Assembly: GCA_964016885.1 (NCBI GenBank) | Contig: OZ024745.1 | Location: 58,280,001 to 58,344,000, forward strand | Length of the DNA: 64,000 nucleotides | Direction: 5' to 3' | Source of the DNA: Eledone cirrhosa | Taxonomy: Eukaryota | Part shown: positions 1 through 13,494 of the stretch, piece by piece | Numbering within the stretch: the first letter of the stretch is position 1 | Layout: each line of letters starts with the position of its first letter | Translations under genes and position numbers: made by a program | The notes under the pieces: model-generated | Told to the model about the DNA's origin: nothing | The model's database searches: none | Seen by the model: the letters and a program-made list of their open reading frames with translations, nothing else

Positions 1-1350
1 ATTAATAAATAATTAACATATTTTTTTTCCATTAAGCGCAAGGCGAACATTTGTATAAGATAGAATTATTTAATAGAATCAACATTACCAGTATTTGTTT
101 AATTGATCCCAGAGTAATGTATGTTTAAAGTTAGTATAGAGATGGGTTTGAACTTGGAACCTGACGCGATTCAAATAAATACTACCACTTAATCCAGTTT
201 TCTACTTTGCAAGAACCCGTCACCGCCATTTAGTTGACTACTAATTAAATACATATTTGTTTAATGTAGAATATTACACAAATATCCTTGCTTGAACCTG
301 ATCTAAGAAACTAAGCATATAATTTATCTGAGTATAATGATGTTATATGACAACAAACAACAGCAACAACGGCTACAATGACGTAGAAACATGAAGTCTA
401 TATAATGACAAAACAATCGCGAAAAAAGTAGAATAACAGTTAACTAACGTAAAACTTGTGGACAGCTTAAACTAAGCTAAACTTTTACTGAAGAAACATT
501 TAATGTGTGTGTGTGCATGTGTATATGCGTTTGGATATATGTGTCTGTGTCTGTGTGTATGCGTATGGGTATATGTGTGTATGCGTATGGGTATATACGT
601 GTGTGTCTCTGTGTGTGCGTGTGTGCAAGACTAATAAAAACAACAAAACGAAAAGATAAAAACGTGCATCTGCGTCTCCCAGCTTAAGGAAAGCGAATAA
701 AATGATTTAACATGTTTACAGAAACGCCCTTATTTTACCATTTATCAGCATACAGAGTTATTCTACTGTAAACGCATTCTTCGCAAAAATTCACAAGATT
801 CGTAGTTTTGATTGGCTTAAATAAATCATAAATAGTAGAAGATATGATTAGTTAGGTTATCGTATTGACCTTACAAGTTTCCTAGTACACAGATTTTTCT
901 GATACAATGATTGTCTTCCTTAGATTCAAACCTTTTTTTATATTTTTAGTTTTATTTCTATATTCTTTGGGGGTATATTTGTGTTGGCTATTTATTTTGT
1001 TCCAGCTGGGCTCCATTACCAAAGCGGTATAGCTCAATTAAATATGCTTCTCTATTACGCAAACTTTGAAAAGAAAATAGTACTGAAAACAATTGTATAA
1101 ATCTCTTCCAGTCTAATTGTTTGCTTTAGGTAAACTTTATACAGTTTTATTTCACCACAGATAGGAATTGTGTCTTGAGTGGGTGGAGGGATTTATATAT
1201 GTTTGGGTAGAAGGAAGCAGAGGAGAAAATCACTTTTCTTATATATGTGTTTGCTCTGCCTTAAAGGAGTTCATATTTTCATTTGTGTTGTATGTATATA
1301 TAGAGACACACACACATATATATATACTATATATATATATATACACACAC

Positions 1351-1456
<106 letters not shown>

Positions 1457-1458
1457 AT

Positions 1459-1492
<34 letters not shown>

Positions 1493-1723
1493 CATTATAT
1501 TATATTATATCTTTAACTTAATTGTTTAAGCGTCAGTCATACAAAAGTGAGTTACAAATGAAACAAAATTTAATTTCGTTTCGTTATTTGTTTTTATCGT
1601 CTCCGTTGAACCGGTACTTACTCACACTCTATGCAAATTAGTATGCCCACTACTAATTTTCATAGAAAAAGCATATAACGATATGTGCTTTTACGATTCT
1701 CTAGAGAGGCCGGAAGATAGGTA

Positions 1724-1768
1724 AATATTGCTGATGAGTTGTAACAACAACGAAACTAGTTCAATATT
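1724..1768 (+). ncRNA. Type I minimal hammerhead ribozyme (copy 1 of 467-bp array)
   Basis: AATATTG-CTGATGA-GTTGT aaca ACAAC-GAAA-CTAG-TT-CAATATT: 7-bp stem I, canonical core, 5-bp stem II, palindromic CTAG stem III. Confidence 0.88.
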
Positions 1769-2190
1769 CCTTGTCTGGCTTTCTGGAGAATAGAGGAAAG
1801 GTGTTTCCTCAAAAACCAGTATGACTCTAAAAACCGGTTTGTCTGTGTGTTTACATACAGAATAGCTGGCCACTCACAGTAAAGTGACCAGTGAAAAAAC
1901 TTGGTACATCTACATATGTATACGTGTGTGTATTCATATACATACTAGTATTTCAGTATACATATATGGATGTACATCTTTAACTTAATTGTTTAAGCGT
2001 CAGTCATACAAAAGTGAGTTACAAATGAAACAAAATTTAATTTCGTTTCGTTATTTGTTTTTATCGTCTCCGTTGAACCGGTACTTACTCACACTCTATG
2101 CAAATTAGTATGCCCACTACTAATTTTCATAGAAAAAGCATATAACGATATGTGCTTTTACGATTCTCTAGAGAGGCCGGAAGATAGGTA

Positions 2191-2235
2191 AATATTGCTG
2201 ATGAGTTGTAACAACAACGAAACTAGTTCAATATT
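2191..2235 (+). ncRNA. Type I minimal hammerhead ribozyme (copy 2)
   Basis: Identical to 1724-1768, offset +467. Confidence 0.88.
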
Positions 2236-2657
2236 CCTTGTCTGGCTTTCTGGAGAATAGAGGAAAGGTGTTTCCTCAAAAACCAGTATGACTCTAAAAA
2301 CCGGTTTGTCTGTGTGTTTACATACAGAATAGCTGGCCACTCACAGTAAAGTGACCAGTGAAAAAACTTGGTACATCTACATATGTATACGTGTGTGTAT
2401 TCATATACATACTAGTATTTCAGTATACATATATGGATGTACATCTTTAACTTAATTGTTTAAGCGTCAGTCATACAAAAGTGAGTTACAAATGAAACAA
2501 AATTTAATTTCGTTTCGTTATTTGTTTTTATCGTCTCCGTTGAACCGGTACTTACTCACACTCTATGCAAATTAGTATGCCCACTACTAATTTTCATAGA
2601 AAAAGCATATAACGATATGTGCTTTTACGATTCTCTAGAGAGGCCGGAAGATAGGTA

Positions 2658-2702
2658 AATATTGCTGATGAGTTGTAACAACAACGAAACTAGTTCAATA
2701 TT
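2658..2702 (+). ncRNA. Type I minimal hammerhead ribozyme (copy 3)
   Basis: Identical to 1724-1768, offset +934. Confidence 0.88.
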
Positions 2703-2950
2703 CCTTGTCTGGCTTTCTGGAGAATAGAGGAAAGGTGTTTCCTCAAAAACCAGTATGACTCTAAAAACCGGTTTGTCTGTGTGTTTACATACAGAATAGC
2801 TGGCCACTCACAGTAAAGTGACCAGTGAAAAAACTTGGTACATCTACATATGTATACGTGTGTGTATTCATATACATACTAGTATTTCAGTATACATATA
2901 TGGATGTACATCTTTAACTTAATTGTTTATATTATATTATATTATATTAA

Positions 2951-3138
2951 GGCGGTGGATTGGCAGTATCGGTAGAGGGTCGGACGCCATGCTTTCCAGC
3001 ATAGTTACGTCCCTTTACGATCTGAATTCATATCCCGCCGAGGTTGACTTTGCCTTTCATCCTTACGGGGTCGATAAAATAAAGTACCAGTAATACACTG
3101 GTTAATTGCTGGCCTTGTGCCTAACGTAGAAGCAATTA
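2951..3138 (+). mobile_element. SINE (abundant family; tRNA-like head, central domain CTTTCATCCTTACGGGGTCGATAAAATAAAGTACCAG)
   Basis: GGCGGTGGATTGGCAGTATCGGTAG...B-box-like...GTCGATAAAATAAAGTACCAG...GGCCTTGTGCC, with an ATTAT tail. More than 10 related copies in this window. Confidence 0.85.
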
Positions 3139-3494
3139 TATTATATTATATCAATATATTTATTTCTATATGTACGCCTCTATTCTGAAACGCTATGTAA
3201 ATAAGCCATAATCAAAAGTGATTTATTTACAAATCTCTTTATATATGAAGATATTAGCTTCTATGCCTCAGTACGATAATACGTAGGTGTCGTGGAAGAT
3301 TGCTTAATGATCCAGAAATATACAGTATGTACATAGAGTGCTTACAGCATAATTGAGGTAGATGTGATATGATAACAGATTAAGATACTCACCGAAAGGA
3401 CAAATATATGTTAATTAAACAAAAATATATTGTCTTTCTCCATAAACGTTTCTCACTTTCCCTCTGCTCTCCCCCTCTCCGGCACTTACTTAAG

Positions 3495-3800
3495 AAATGA
3501 AATTTCGTTTCATTCTATTCCATTTATCGTTTTCGGTGCGCCTGGCCGACTGAACTCACTCGATATGCAAATTAGGCTGCTCAGCCGTTAATTTTCATAG
3601 GGAAAGTATATACTTTCGAACGTTCAACCATCTGGCAGAAAGGTATACGGTGCTGACGATAGCTAACAAGCTTGAAACTAGTACATCGTTCCTGTGTCAG
3701 TGTTGAACAAAAGGGTGACGTGGTTGCCTGAACATTGTACGGCGTAAATCAGGCTGTCCGTTTGTTTACAAACGAACAAAGCGAACATTATAATAAATGT
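3495..3800 (+). mobile_element. Diverged single copy of the 467-bp HHR-bearing unit
   Basis: Shares AATTTCGTTTC, ACTCAC..TATGCAAATTAG...TAATTTTCATAG, the HHR and CTGT..GT.TGTTTACA with the array unit, in the same order. Confidence 0.75.
3647..3689 (+). ncRNA. Type I minimal hammerhead ribozyme (diverged relative of the array HHR)
   Basis: ACGGTG-CTGACGA-t AGCT aaca AGCT t-GAAA-CTAG-TA-CATCGT. Stems differ in sequence from 1724-1768 but still pair. Confidence 0.85.
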
Positions 3801-3835
3801 TCGGTAATCTGATACGTGCATATATATATGTGTGC

Positions 3836-3909
<74 letters not shown>

Positions 3910-4058
3910 GCTACTGTACGTCTGGATACATATATGTATGTATACATACATACTTACATATATAGATATAGATATATCTATATATATATATGTATGTACG
4001 TATGTACGTACGTATGTATGTACGTATATAACCGTGCACTAGACAGCAGTGAGGTACG

Positions 4059-4089
<31 letters not shown>

Positions 4090-4111
<22 letters not shown>

Positions 4112-4306
4112 TGAGGTTTTTTTTACAAAATGAAAAATAACCGAGGTCTCCTACACGAGTGAAAGTATAAAGAAAAAAAGTTGAAATCGAAAATGCAACT
4201 GGAGTCTTATTTTTTTTTAAATATATATATATATTTGGTTCCTTTACCGGTTTCGCAGTTCTTCTGCTTTTCAAAAGTAGAGTTGAGATGGAGGGTCTGT
4301 GGTTTT

Positions 4307-4310
<4 letters not shown>
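4090..4310 (-). mobile_element. PLE-type terminal fragment with variant-core HHR at 4241-4278 (-); same family as 15160-15526
   Basis: Near-identical to 15165-15365 and flanked by (TA)n on both sides. Minus strand reads ctt-TTGAAAA-GCAG aagaa CTGC-GAAA-CCGG-TA-aagg. Confidence 0.7.
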
Positions 4311-4356
<46 letters not shown>

Positions 4357-4400
4357 AGTAAACTAAAAAGTCAAATGTTTAAAATTTAGCTTCGTTTATT

Positions 4401-4455
4401 ACTGCTATATATATTTCGGTGACAGCCATCTTTGGCTGTGACCTCTTCAGGCAGT
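4401..4455 (-). ncRNA. Type I hammerhead ribozyme (left arm)
   Basis: Minus strand: ACTGC-CTGAAGA-GGTcACAGCC aaagat GGCTGTcACC-GAAA-TATATA-TA-GCAGT. Confidence 0.88.
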
Positions 4456-4937
4456 CCGAATTAGTGTGGTATAGACAAGTACATATGTTGTTGAGGTGTA
4501 TAATTTTGTCAATACTCTGATCTGCCGAGTTCCTGGTTGGGTTGTTATTTCACTGAGGAACTGGAATCATATGAATTCAAACAAACGAATTTCAGTGTCA
4601 AAGGGCCTCTTCTCCTCTCATTGGCCAGTTGTTAGAATATTCCTCATTCAAAAGTCTATAGAAATTCGTTCTGAGGCAAGCCAATCTGTAGTTGTTGTTC
4701 TTGTTCTTGTTAGGTACCTAACAATAACAAGAACAACAACTTTTGAATGAGGAATGTTCTAAGAACTGGCCAATGAGAGGAGAAGAGGCCCTTTGACACT
4801 GAAATTCGTTTGTTTGAATTCATATGATTCCAGTTCCTCAGTGAATAACAACCCAACCAGGAACTGGGCATATCAGAGTATTGACAAAATTATACACCTC
4901 AACAACATTTGTACTTGTCTATACCACACTAATTCGG

Positions 4938-4992
4938 ACTGTCTGAAGAGGTCACAGCCAAAGATGGCTGTCACCGAAATATATATAGCAGT
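4938..4992 (+). ncRNA. Type I hammerhead ribozyme (right arm)
   Basis: ACTGT-CTGAAGA-GGTcACAGCC aaagat GGCTGTcACC-GAAA-TATATA-TA-GCAGT; one G-U pair in stem I. Confidence 0.87.
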
Positions 4993-5135
4993 AATAAACG
5001 AAACTAAATTTTAAACATTTGACTTTTTATTTTACTTTATTTTACATTACTCCGGAGTAACCAAACCAACCTGCGCACTTCGTCGAGTGCTCCAGCCTGC
5101 ATACTGAGGTGTTGGTATACAACCAACATATACTC

Positions 5136-5252
<117 letters not shown>

Positions 5253-5645
5253 TAAAAAACTACCCGGATTGCATAAATGTGTATATAAACAGTGAGTATC
5301 TAGATACGTAAACAGGTCAACTTTACATCGTTCCATTTAAACTGAAATAATATGATTATCTGTAATTGACTTACGAAGCTTTTGAAGTTCTCATAAGATT
5401 ATATGTATGCCAGCTAAAGAACCACAATGAAATACTTAACGGTGGGAGGGGCGCTTATAGACCCTATCTAGCTGTGTCACTGAAACGGCTGTAATAATTT
5501 GTATGGGATTATCATGCATGGTAATAATTAATTTTAATATATATAGAAGTGTACGCTAAGCAGCCGACGTATGCGGTGAATTTATATCTGTACATATACA
5601 GTACAGACGAAACCGTGACTACGTAAATGTGTATATAAATCTACA

Positions 5646-5865
5646 CACGCTGTCATATGCCTTTTCGAGGTCATCAAAACTAGAATATACATCTTGGCAA
5701 TACTCCCGCGACTTCTCGAAGGCTTGCCGCAGTGTGAATATTTGGTCATCTGTCCTGCGTCCAGGGCCAAAACCTCACTGTTTATCAGCTAGCTCTGACT
5801 CGAGAATTTTCCTGGATCTCTTTGCCAGACACCTTAGCATAGACTTTACTGGGGAGGCTTAATAA
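5646..5865 (-). pseudogene. RTE-clade LINE reverse transcriptase fragment
   Basis: Manual translation: LLSLPSKVYAKV..(frameshift)..KILESELADKQ*GFGPGRRTDDQIFTLRQAFEKSREYCQDVYSSFDDLEKAYDSV, matching the RTE RT motifs QxGF...DQIFTLRQ...FxDLEKAYD. Confidence 0.85.
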
Positions 5866-6277
5866 GGAGGCATGAGTGTGAAATTTAAATACTAGTCAAA
5901 GCGTAGTGCTAAATAGATTATTACACAAATACAGGAAACATACACATATCTATCGTTGTTTTATGTCTTCATATGTGGACTACAGACTACATTTTCCTTG
6001 GCGAGTAAGTGATGGATGAGCCATTACGCAAATGTATCAGATGTTGCTCTAGTAGGCGTAGAAAATAAAATACATTTGGCCATAAATAACTTAGTGACAC
6101 TCACCACGTGAAAATCTATAGTTAACATAATGCTAACACTTAATGTTAAAAGTATTAAAATCTATGTTGAAATTATTATGATGCTGGAAATAGAAGCATT
6201 ATTGAGTCATGACTAATAGTTTTTTCATTATTTCGGCTGGTAAATATGACAAGCGTGTCCGGTTATGTTTGAGTCTT

Positions 6278-6660
6278 ATGGTGGATTGGTAGTATCGGTA
6301 GAGGGTCAGACACCATGATTTCAGCACAGAGTTACGTCCCTTTATCGTCTGAGTTCAAATCCCGCTACGGTTAACTTTGCCCTTCGTCCTTACGGGGTCG
6401 GAAAAATAAAGTACCAGTCATGGACTGGATAATTGCTGGCCTTGTGCCAAAAGTAGAAACAATTATTATCTAATAAGGACGGTGGATTGGCAGTATCGGT
6501 AGAGCGTCTGACAACATGCTTCGCTGCATAGAGTTACGCCTTTTTACGTTCTGAGTTTAAATCCCGCCGAGGTTAGCTTTGCACTTCATCCTTACGGGCT
6601 CGATAAAATATAGTACCAGTCACACACTGAGGTCTATTTAATCGACTTTCCCCTCCCCTA
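6278..6660 (+). mobile_element. Two tandem SINE copies (about 6278-6468 and 6477-6660)
   Basis: Both begin GGTGGATTGG(T/C)AGTATCGGTAGAG and contain the CCTTACGGG.TCG..AAAATA.AGTACCAG core. Confidence 0.85.
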
Positions 6661-8055
6661 CATCACTAATCCAAAACATCCACCTTATCATGCATTGTGA
6701 TACCATTATTCTGGAGGTGTCAGTGTTTGTAACGCCAATTTAAAATTGAGGCAACGACTAGGCCACTCAGTTGACCGAATAACTGAGACATCCACTGTCA
6801 AAACCGACAGAAGCCGGTTTTTCTGATTGTCATCTTTCTGAAGCGTATACTCTTTTATTATTTTGCCTATCCATAGATTGTGGACATGCTTCGTCACATC
6901 CATTATGCAGGGGCACCGCTCTATACATAATATCTTCTTTGAACAAAAGCTGAAAATAATAATGTTCGCTGTGACTGAGTGATGTTGATTTCTAAACCTA
7001 AACTAAATATGCACCAGTACTTGACTATACATTATTTAACGATGCTGGAAGGATGGAAGGCGGAGTCGTGTTTTATAGGACTTAAATAGAATGTAATGGG
7101 AAGTAACTAAATACTGACAAAGAATTCTGTTTAGTGTTCAAATGATTCTGTATACCAATAACCTTTTATATAGTAATTAATGTTCATGCTTGGGGTGGAA
7201 ACATCAAAAGAATCATTTTATGGACATTAGAACATTCTCACACGGTTGGATGTTAAACGAAAGTAGGTTTATGAGATTCTTCTGATCCCTTAATTTTGTT
7301 TCCTAATTAGAAACAGCTTCATCAGTTAATGAAATATTTGGTAGTACAATGCTGCTTTCATATAGAGTATACTTTGAAAGTCAGGTCTAATACACTCATG
7401 ATACTGATACACTTTTGTACTATTTTTAACTGTTTCACATTTTCTGCACTATTTCTTGCACAATTATTAGATTAAGCAAATCATATTTATTTTATTAGAA
7501 TTTGTTTAAGCTTCCATTATTGCCAAAGGTTCTGAACTATTCTGTTTGCTGCTGTCCACTATACAAAATAAGAAGCGTAATAAGATTTATATCTTTCAGC
7601 GCAGTAGAATAGCAGAGTCGGAAGTGAGCAATATAGTATTTCCTATATTTCCCTTTTTAAAAGCAAATATATTCCCAAGTACTTACATTGTATTTCATCA
7701 TTTTAGGGGATCTATAAGAATATGTACCATTCCAATACTGAGTCGAGTGACAATGATAGAAATAAATATACCATAGACAACAGTATAATAATCGCTCCGG
7801 ACACAGCACAGCCGAGACATTGTGGAGGATTTGCCAAGAGGTTTATGCCTGCTTTGTAGACATCGACCGCGTTCTATGGGACATATTGTGTAAGGTTTTG
7901 CAAGTATATAGAATTGATGAACAGTTTGTTTCCCTGAAGTCCATATATGAATGCTCTAGTATTTGTGTTAGGATAAATGGTGCTAAGTAGAAACCATTCA
8001 ATGTGGTGGTTGGGATCCCCGGCGGCGGCAGGGTAGAAAATAGAAATATATTTTT

Positions 8056-8091
<36 letters not shown>

Positions 8092-8244
8092 TGTGTGTGT
8101 GTGTGTGTGAAAATGATTCCATTAATAGAAATGGAGAAGGTGTTATGTGTGTGGGTGGGGGGTATGGTTAGAATGTTTAAGGTGTTAAAATATTAACGTA
8201 TGTTAAAGTATATTTAGCTCTGGTCTTTTATTTTCGAATATAGA

Positions 8245-8327
<83 letters not shown>

Positions 8328-8402
8328 TCTGTCTGCCTGCCTGCCTGCCTGCCTGTCTATGTGGATGGTTAGCACGTTATGGAGTTAACATATTAATGTA
8401 TA

Positions 8403-8692
8403 TTAAACTATATTTAATACTAGTCTATATTTCTGAATAAACATATTTTCCTTATTTATTCGTATTTTGTCTGTTGTATTGTCAGTGCAAAGATAAAATG
8501 GGAAGATTTGGAATTTAAGTGTCTTATCGTTTGCGCACATGTCTAGATATGCACTGAGTGGTATCTGTCTTATGGTAGGGTCTCGTAATTGTTGGCGATG
8601 AATTGTCATCCTGTTTCTGAGATTGAGTTTAGTTTGCGCTATATAATCTTCATTATATCCATTACATTTAATGGCATAAATCAAATTTTTTT
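8403..8692 (-). pseudogene. Penelope-like element GIY-YIG endonuclease C-terminal domain, 5'-truncated
   Basis: ORF segment KNLIYAIKCNGYNEDYIAQTKLNLRNRMTIHRQQLRD...PLSAYLDMC...FQIFPFY...RINKENMFIQKYRLVLN follows the PLE pattern (IY..C..C...YIG.T..L..R...H...E..I....LN). It lies between microsatellites. Confidence 0.85.
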
Positions 8693-8700
8693 TATGTATG

Positions 8701-8752
<52 letters not shown>

Positions 8753-8805
8753 TATATATATATATACATATATATACACACACACACACATATATATATA
8801 TAATG

Positions 8806-9800
<995 letters not shown>

Positions 9801-10442
9801 AATGATGTGATGTCGTTGATCAAATGTTTTGCTTAATTGTTTTATCTAAAAAGAAAAAATTATTTTTTCTCTTAGAATTCAGTTATTTTTTGAAAGCTAA
9901 GCATTGGCCCCTAAAATACTACAGTGGGCCCTGCGATGCTACCGTGGGCCCCCTGGGGCCCACTTGCCATTAGACAACCTGGCAACCTGGCCAGTCCGCC
10001 ACTATATATATATATATATATATCGAGAGAGAGAGAGAGGAGGGGGGGGGGTGATATTATTTCACTTGCAATAATCAAGAAGATTGAGTGAAAGAAATAA
10101 CTGTATTATTAATGTTGGAAATGTCTTAGAAGAGTTACGGCGTTAGCAACTAATGAAATATGCTTGTCTGGTATCTATATTTTTACATTATGTCTTATTA
10201 ACTGATAATTTATTTCGTCTCATAATGTAATTTTTACATTATTTTGCTTTTCTCTCGGTTGCATTAGTTTCGTTCGTTTTCGTATGCAATTTACATTTTT
10301 TTCTTGTTTCTATCTGGTGTTTATTTTATTGTTGTTGGTTGTTTGTTTCTTTTTGTTTTGTTTTGTTTACCCAAACAAAACAGCTTGATAGAAATAAAAA
10401 AAACAATATATATATATATATATATATACATATATATATAAG

Positions 10443-10524
<82 letters not shown>

Positions 10525-11118
10525 GTACAGAATAAAAACTGAAATAAATTGTCAGGATATTTCAACAGAGTATATATGAGTTGAGGTGTGTAAATACTCA
10601 TAAACTCACCACAATCGCACACGCCACACACACACACCCAGAGAAACACATGCCACACACACACACAGAACCACATGCCACACATACACACACAGAGAAC
10701 CGCTTGCCATATACACACACACACACACACACAGAAACACATGCCACACACACACACAGAGAACAACATGCCATACACACACACACACACACACACAGAA
10801 CAACATGCCAGACATACAGAGAGAGAGAGAGCCACATGCCACACATACACACAGAGAGAGCCACATGCCACACATACACACACAATACACACACACACAC
10901 GTGTGTGTGTGTGTGTTATTCATAACTTATTTTTTCTTTTTTGCGATTGTAAACAAAAATATATAATTATAGAAAGAAATGGTATGTTGCAACACGTATG
11001 GAGATATATACTCATACACACACATAAGTATTTGCACATACACACATATATGCATACATATATATATATACTTATATATATATATATATATGTGTGTATG
11101 TGCAAATACTTATGTGTA

Positions 11119-11156
<38 letters not shown>

Positions 11157-11200
11157 CGTATATATATATGTATGCATATATGTGTGTATGTGCAAATACT

Positions 11201-11247
<47 letters not shown>

Positions 11248-11255
11248 AGATATAA

Positions 11256-11299
<44 letters not shown>

Positions 11300-11329
11300 A
11301 TATATATATATATATATTTTTAGATATAA

Positions 11330-11397
<68 letters not shown>

Positions 11398-11419
11398 AGA
11401 TATATACTTATATCTACAA

Positions 11420-11450
<31 letters not shown>

Positions 11451-11856
11451 CATTATGCCATTATACTGATCATATTTCATAGATGTACAAGCTATTTTAG
11501 AAATGTACTTATTATTTTTTCATGTTTTCATTTACCAAGTTCGTATTTCTTTTGTCACACAATATTTAAGATAGTTTAATTTTTTTTTCTTTTTCTGTAA
11601 AGTCGTTTTAGCCATAATTCTCTTGTATTCTTTTCCCTCCAATCCATCTTTCTCTGTTATCTAAGTATCGTTTACTTGTTTCTCTAAATGTGGGAAAAAA
11701 CAAGAAAATCTCGACAAAAATATTTAAAACAAAGGAAAATATAATAAAATATATACGTACACTTACACATGCGTACACACACACAAACACCGATACACAC
11801 CGACACACACACACACATATATAATTATATATATATATCTAAATGCATTTGTATGT

Positions 11857-11892
<36 letters not shown>

Positions 11893-11931
11893 TGTATGTA
11901 TATATATGTATATACACATATACATGTATTA

Positions 11932-11983
<52 letters not shown>

Positions 11984-12197
11984 TGTATAACGAAACAGGA
12001 ATGTTTTTGGCGTTCGGAACACTTCAAACTACACACCACCCACTTTTACTAAATATCTGTTTTGTTTACTGCTATGGCAGAAGCAGAAACTCAAATGGAC
12101 TCGATGCATATTTGCCTAAAGATATTGAATTATTAACCACAAGATATAAGCGCTAATATGTTTTTATATATGGAGGTGTTTGAACACTTACATATAT

Positions 12198-12309
<112 letters not shown>

Positions 12310-12355
12310 TATATATACATATATCATATATATATATATACATATATATCGACTG

Positions 12356-12412
<57 letters not shown>

Positions 12413-12497
12413 AAAGGATAACAAGGACGATTCACAGAAGTGAACCTAAACATCGAGTGCTCACCCGGGTGAACCTGCTGTAACTCCAAGTTACACT

Positions 12498-12563
<66 letters not shown>

Positions 12564-12624
12564 GTAGAACACTGGAAGGTAATATCCGTAGTGGTAGAGC
12601 ACTCAGTCCATGGGACGAGTTTGG

Positions 12625-12747
12625 TAGAAGTGGTTACACAACAGTTAGTTCACCATACCGAGAACAATTGTTTCACCTTACGGATCCTCAGTAAGGTGAA
12701 ACAATTGTTCTCGGTATGGTGAACTAACTGTTGTGTGACCACTTCTA
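12625..12747. repeat. Near-perfect 57-bp hairpin between (TA)n tracts, folded at an HHR-like core
   Basis: Arms 12625-12681 and 12691-12747. Minus strand across the centre: CTGAGGA-tCC gtaa GGt-GAAA-CAATTG-TT. Confidence 0.8.
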
Positions 12748-13450
12748 TATATATATATATATAACTACATATATATATAACTACATATATATATAACTAC
12801 ATATATATATAACTACATATATATATAACTACATATATATATAACTACATATATATATATAACTATATATATATATAACTACATAAACGGAGAAAGCTAT
12901 TAGCGATACTCCGACCAATTTCCAACTCACTCATCAAACATTGGGAAATACCTGAGTATATTCCCAATTTAGCGTTTGGAGTGCTAACTATATTGTATTG
13001 TGTGGATAATTGGCTGTATTATTTTATATGAGATATATTAAAGATCTCATTTCCCAAACGAATCGTTTCATTGTAAGATTTCTACATGGTGGGTGAAATT
13101 ATACCAAGTTATGTGGAAACTTGTGGAAGATCAATGGATTCTTATGCAAGTGGGCTCTTACAAATCCTCAGTGGGTGCCCAATAATATTAATATTAATAA
13201 CTAAATCAACATCAATATTTAGCGATAATCACCGCCAGTGCTAGAAGGAGCTGTTAAGTTGTAAGTCCAGCAGTTCGAAAGAAAATTTCACATTGTCCCC
13301 AAAATAGGAGGAGGAGGCTACCGTGGAAAATAATACACACGCAGGTCATTGAACTCTGACAAGAATTAAAGCCTCGTGCGAAGAACTCAATTGGATATGA
13401 AAAAATAAATATGTCTGTACTGTTTAAGGACACATAGAGATATTTTCTCA

Positions 13451-13490
<40 letters not shown>

Positions 13491-13494
13491 ACGG

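Larger units (their letters stand above)
1509..2928 (+). repeat. Tandem array of three essentially identical 467-bp units plus a short partial; each unit carries one hammerhead ribozyme (retrozyme-like or PLE pseudo-LTR array)
   Basis: Unit start ATCTTTAACTTAATTGTTT recurs at 1509, 1976, 2443 and 2910. The identical spurious ORFs at 1691/2158/2625 confirm the 467-bp period. Flanked by TA-rich microsatellite on the left. Confidence 0.95.
4350..5043. mobile_element. Fold-back element (about 305-bp inverted arms) with one hammerhead per arm; inverted PLE pseudo-LTR structure
   Basis: 4350-4655 is the reverse complement of 4739-5043 with few mismatches. Inner hairpin 4690-4740 is centred on GGTACC. 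Directly follows (TA)n. Confidence 0.88.

Noticed and set aside
1629-1665. SECIS element in the conserved hairpin (some PLEs encode selenoproteins)
   Set aside because: Minus strand has ATGA, but no opposing GA and no apical AA at the right spacing.
6706-6950. Possible host exon on minus (TTTTCAG acceptor, about 80 open codons)
   Set aside because: No recognisable protein motif or partner exons; cannot be supported without homology or RNA data.
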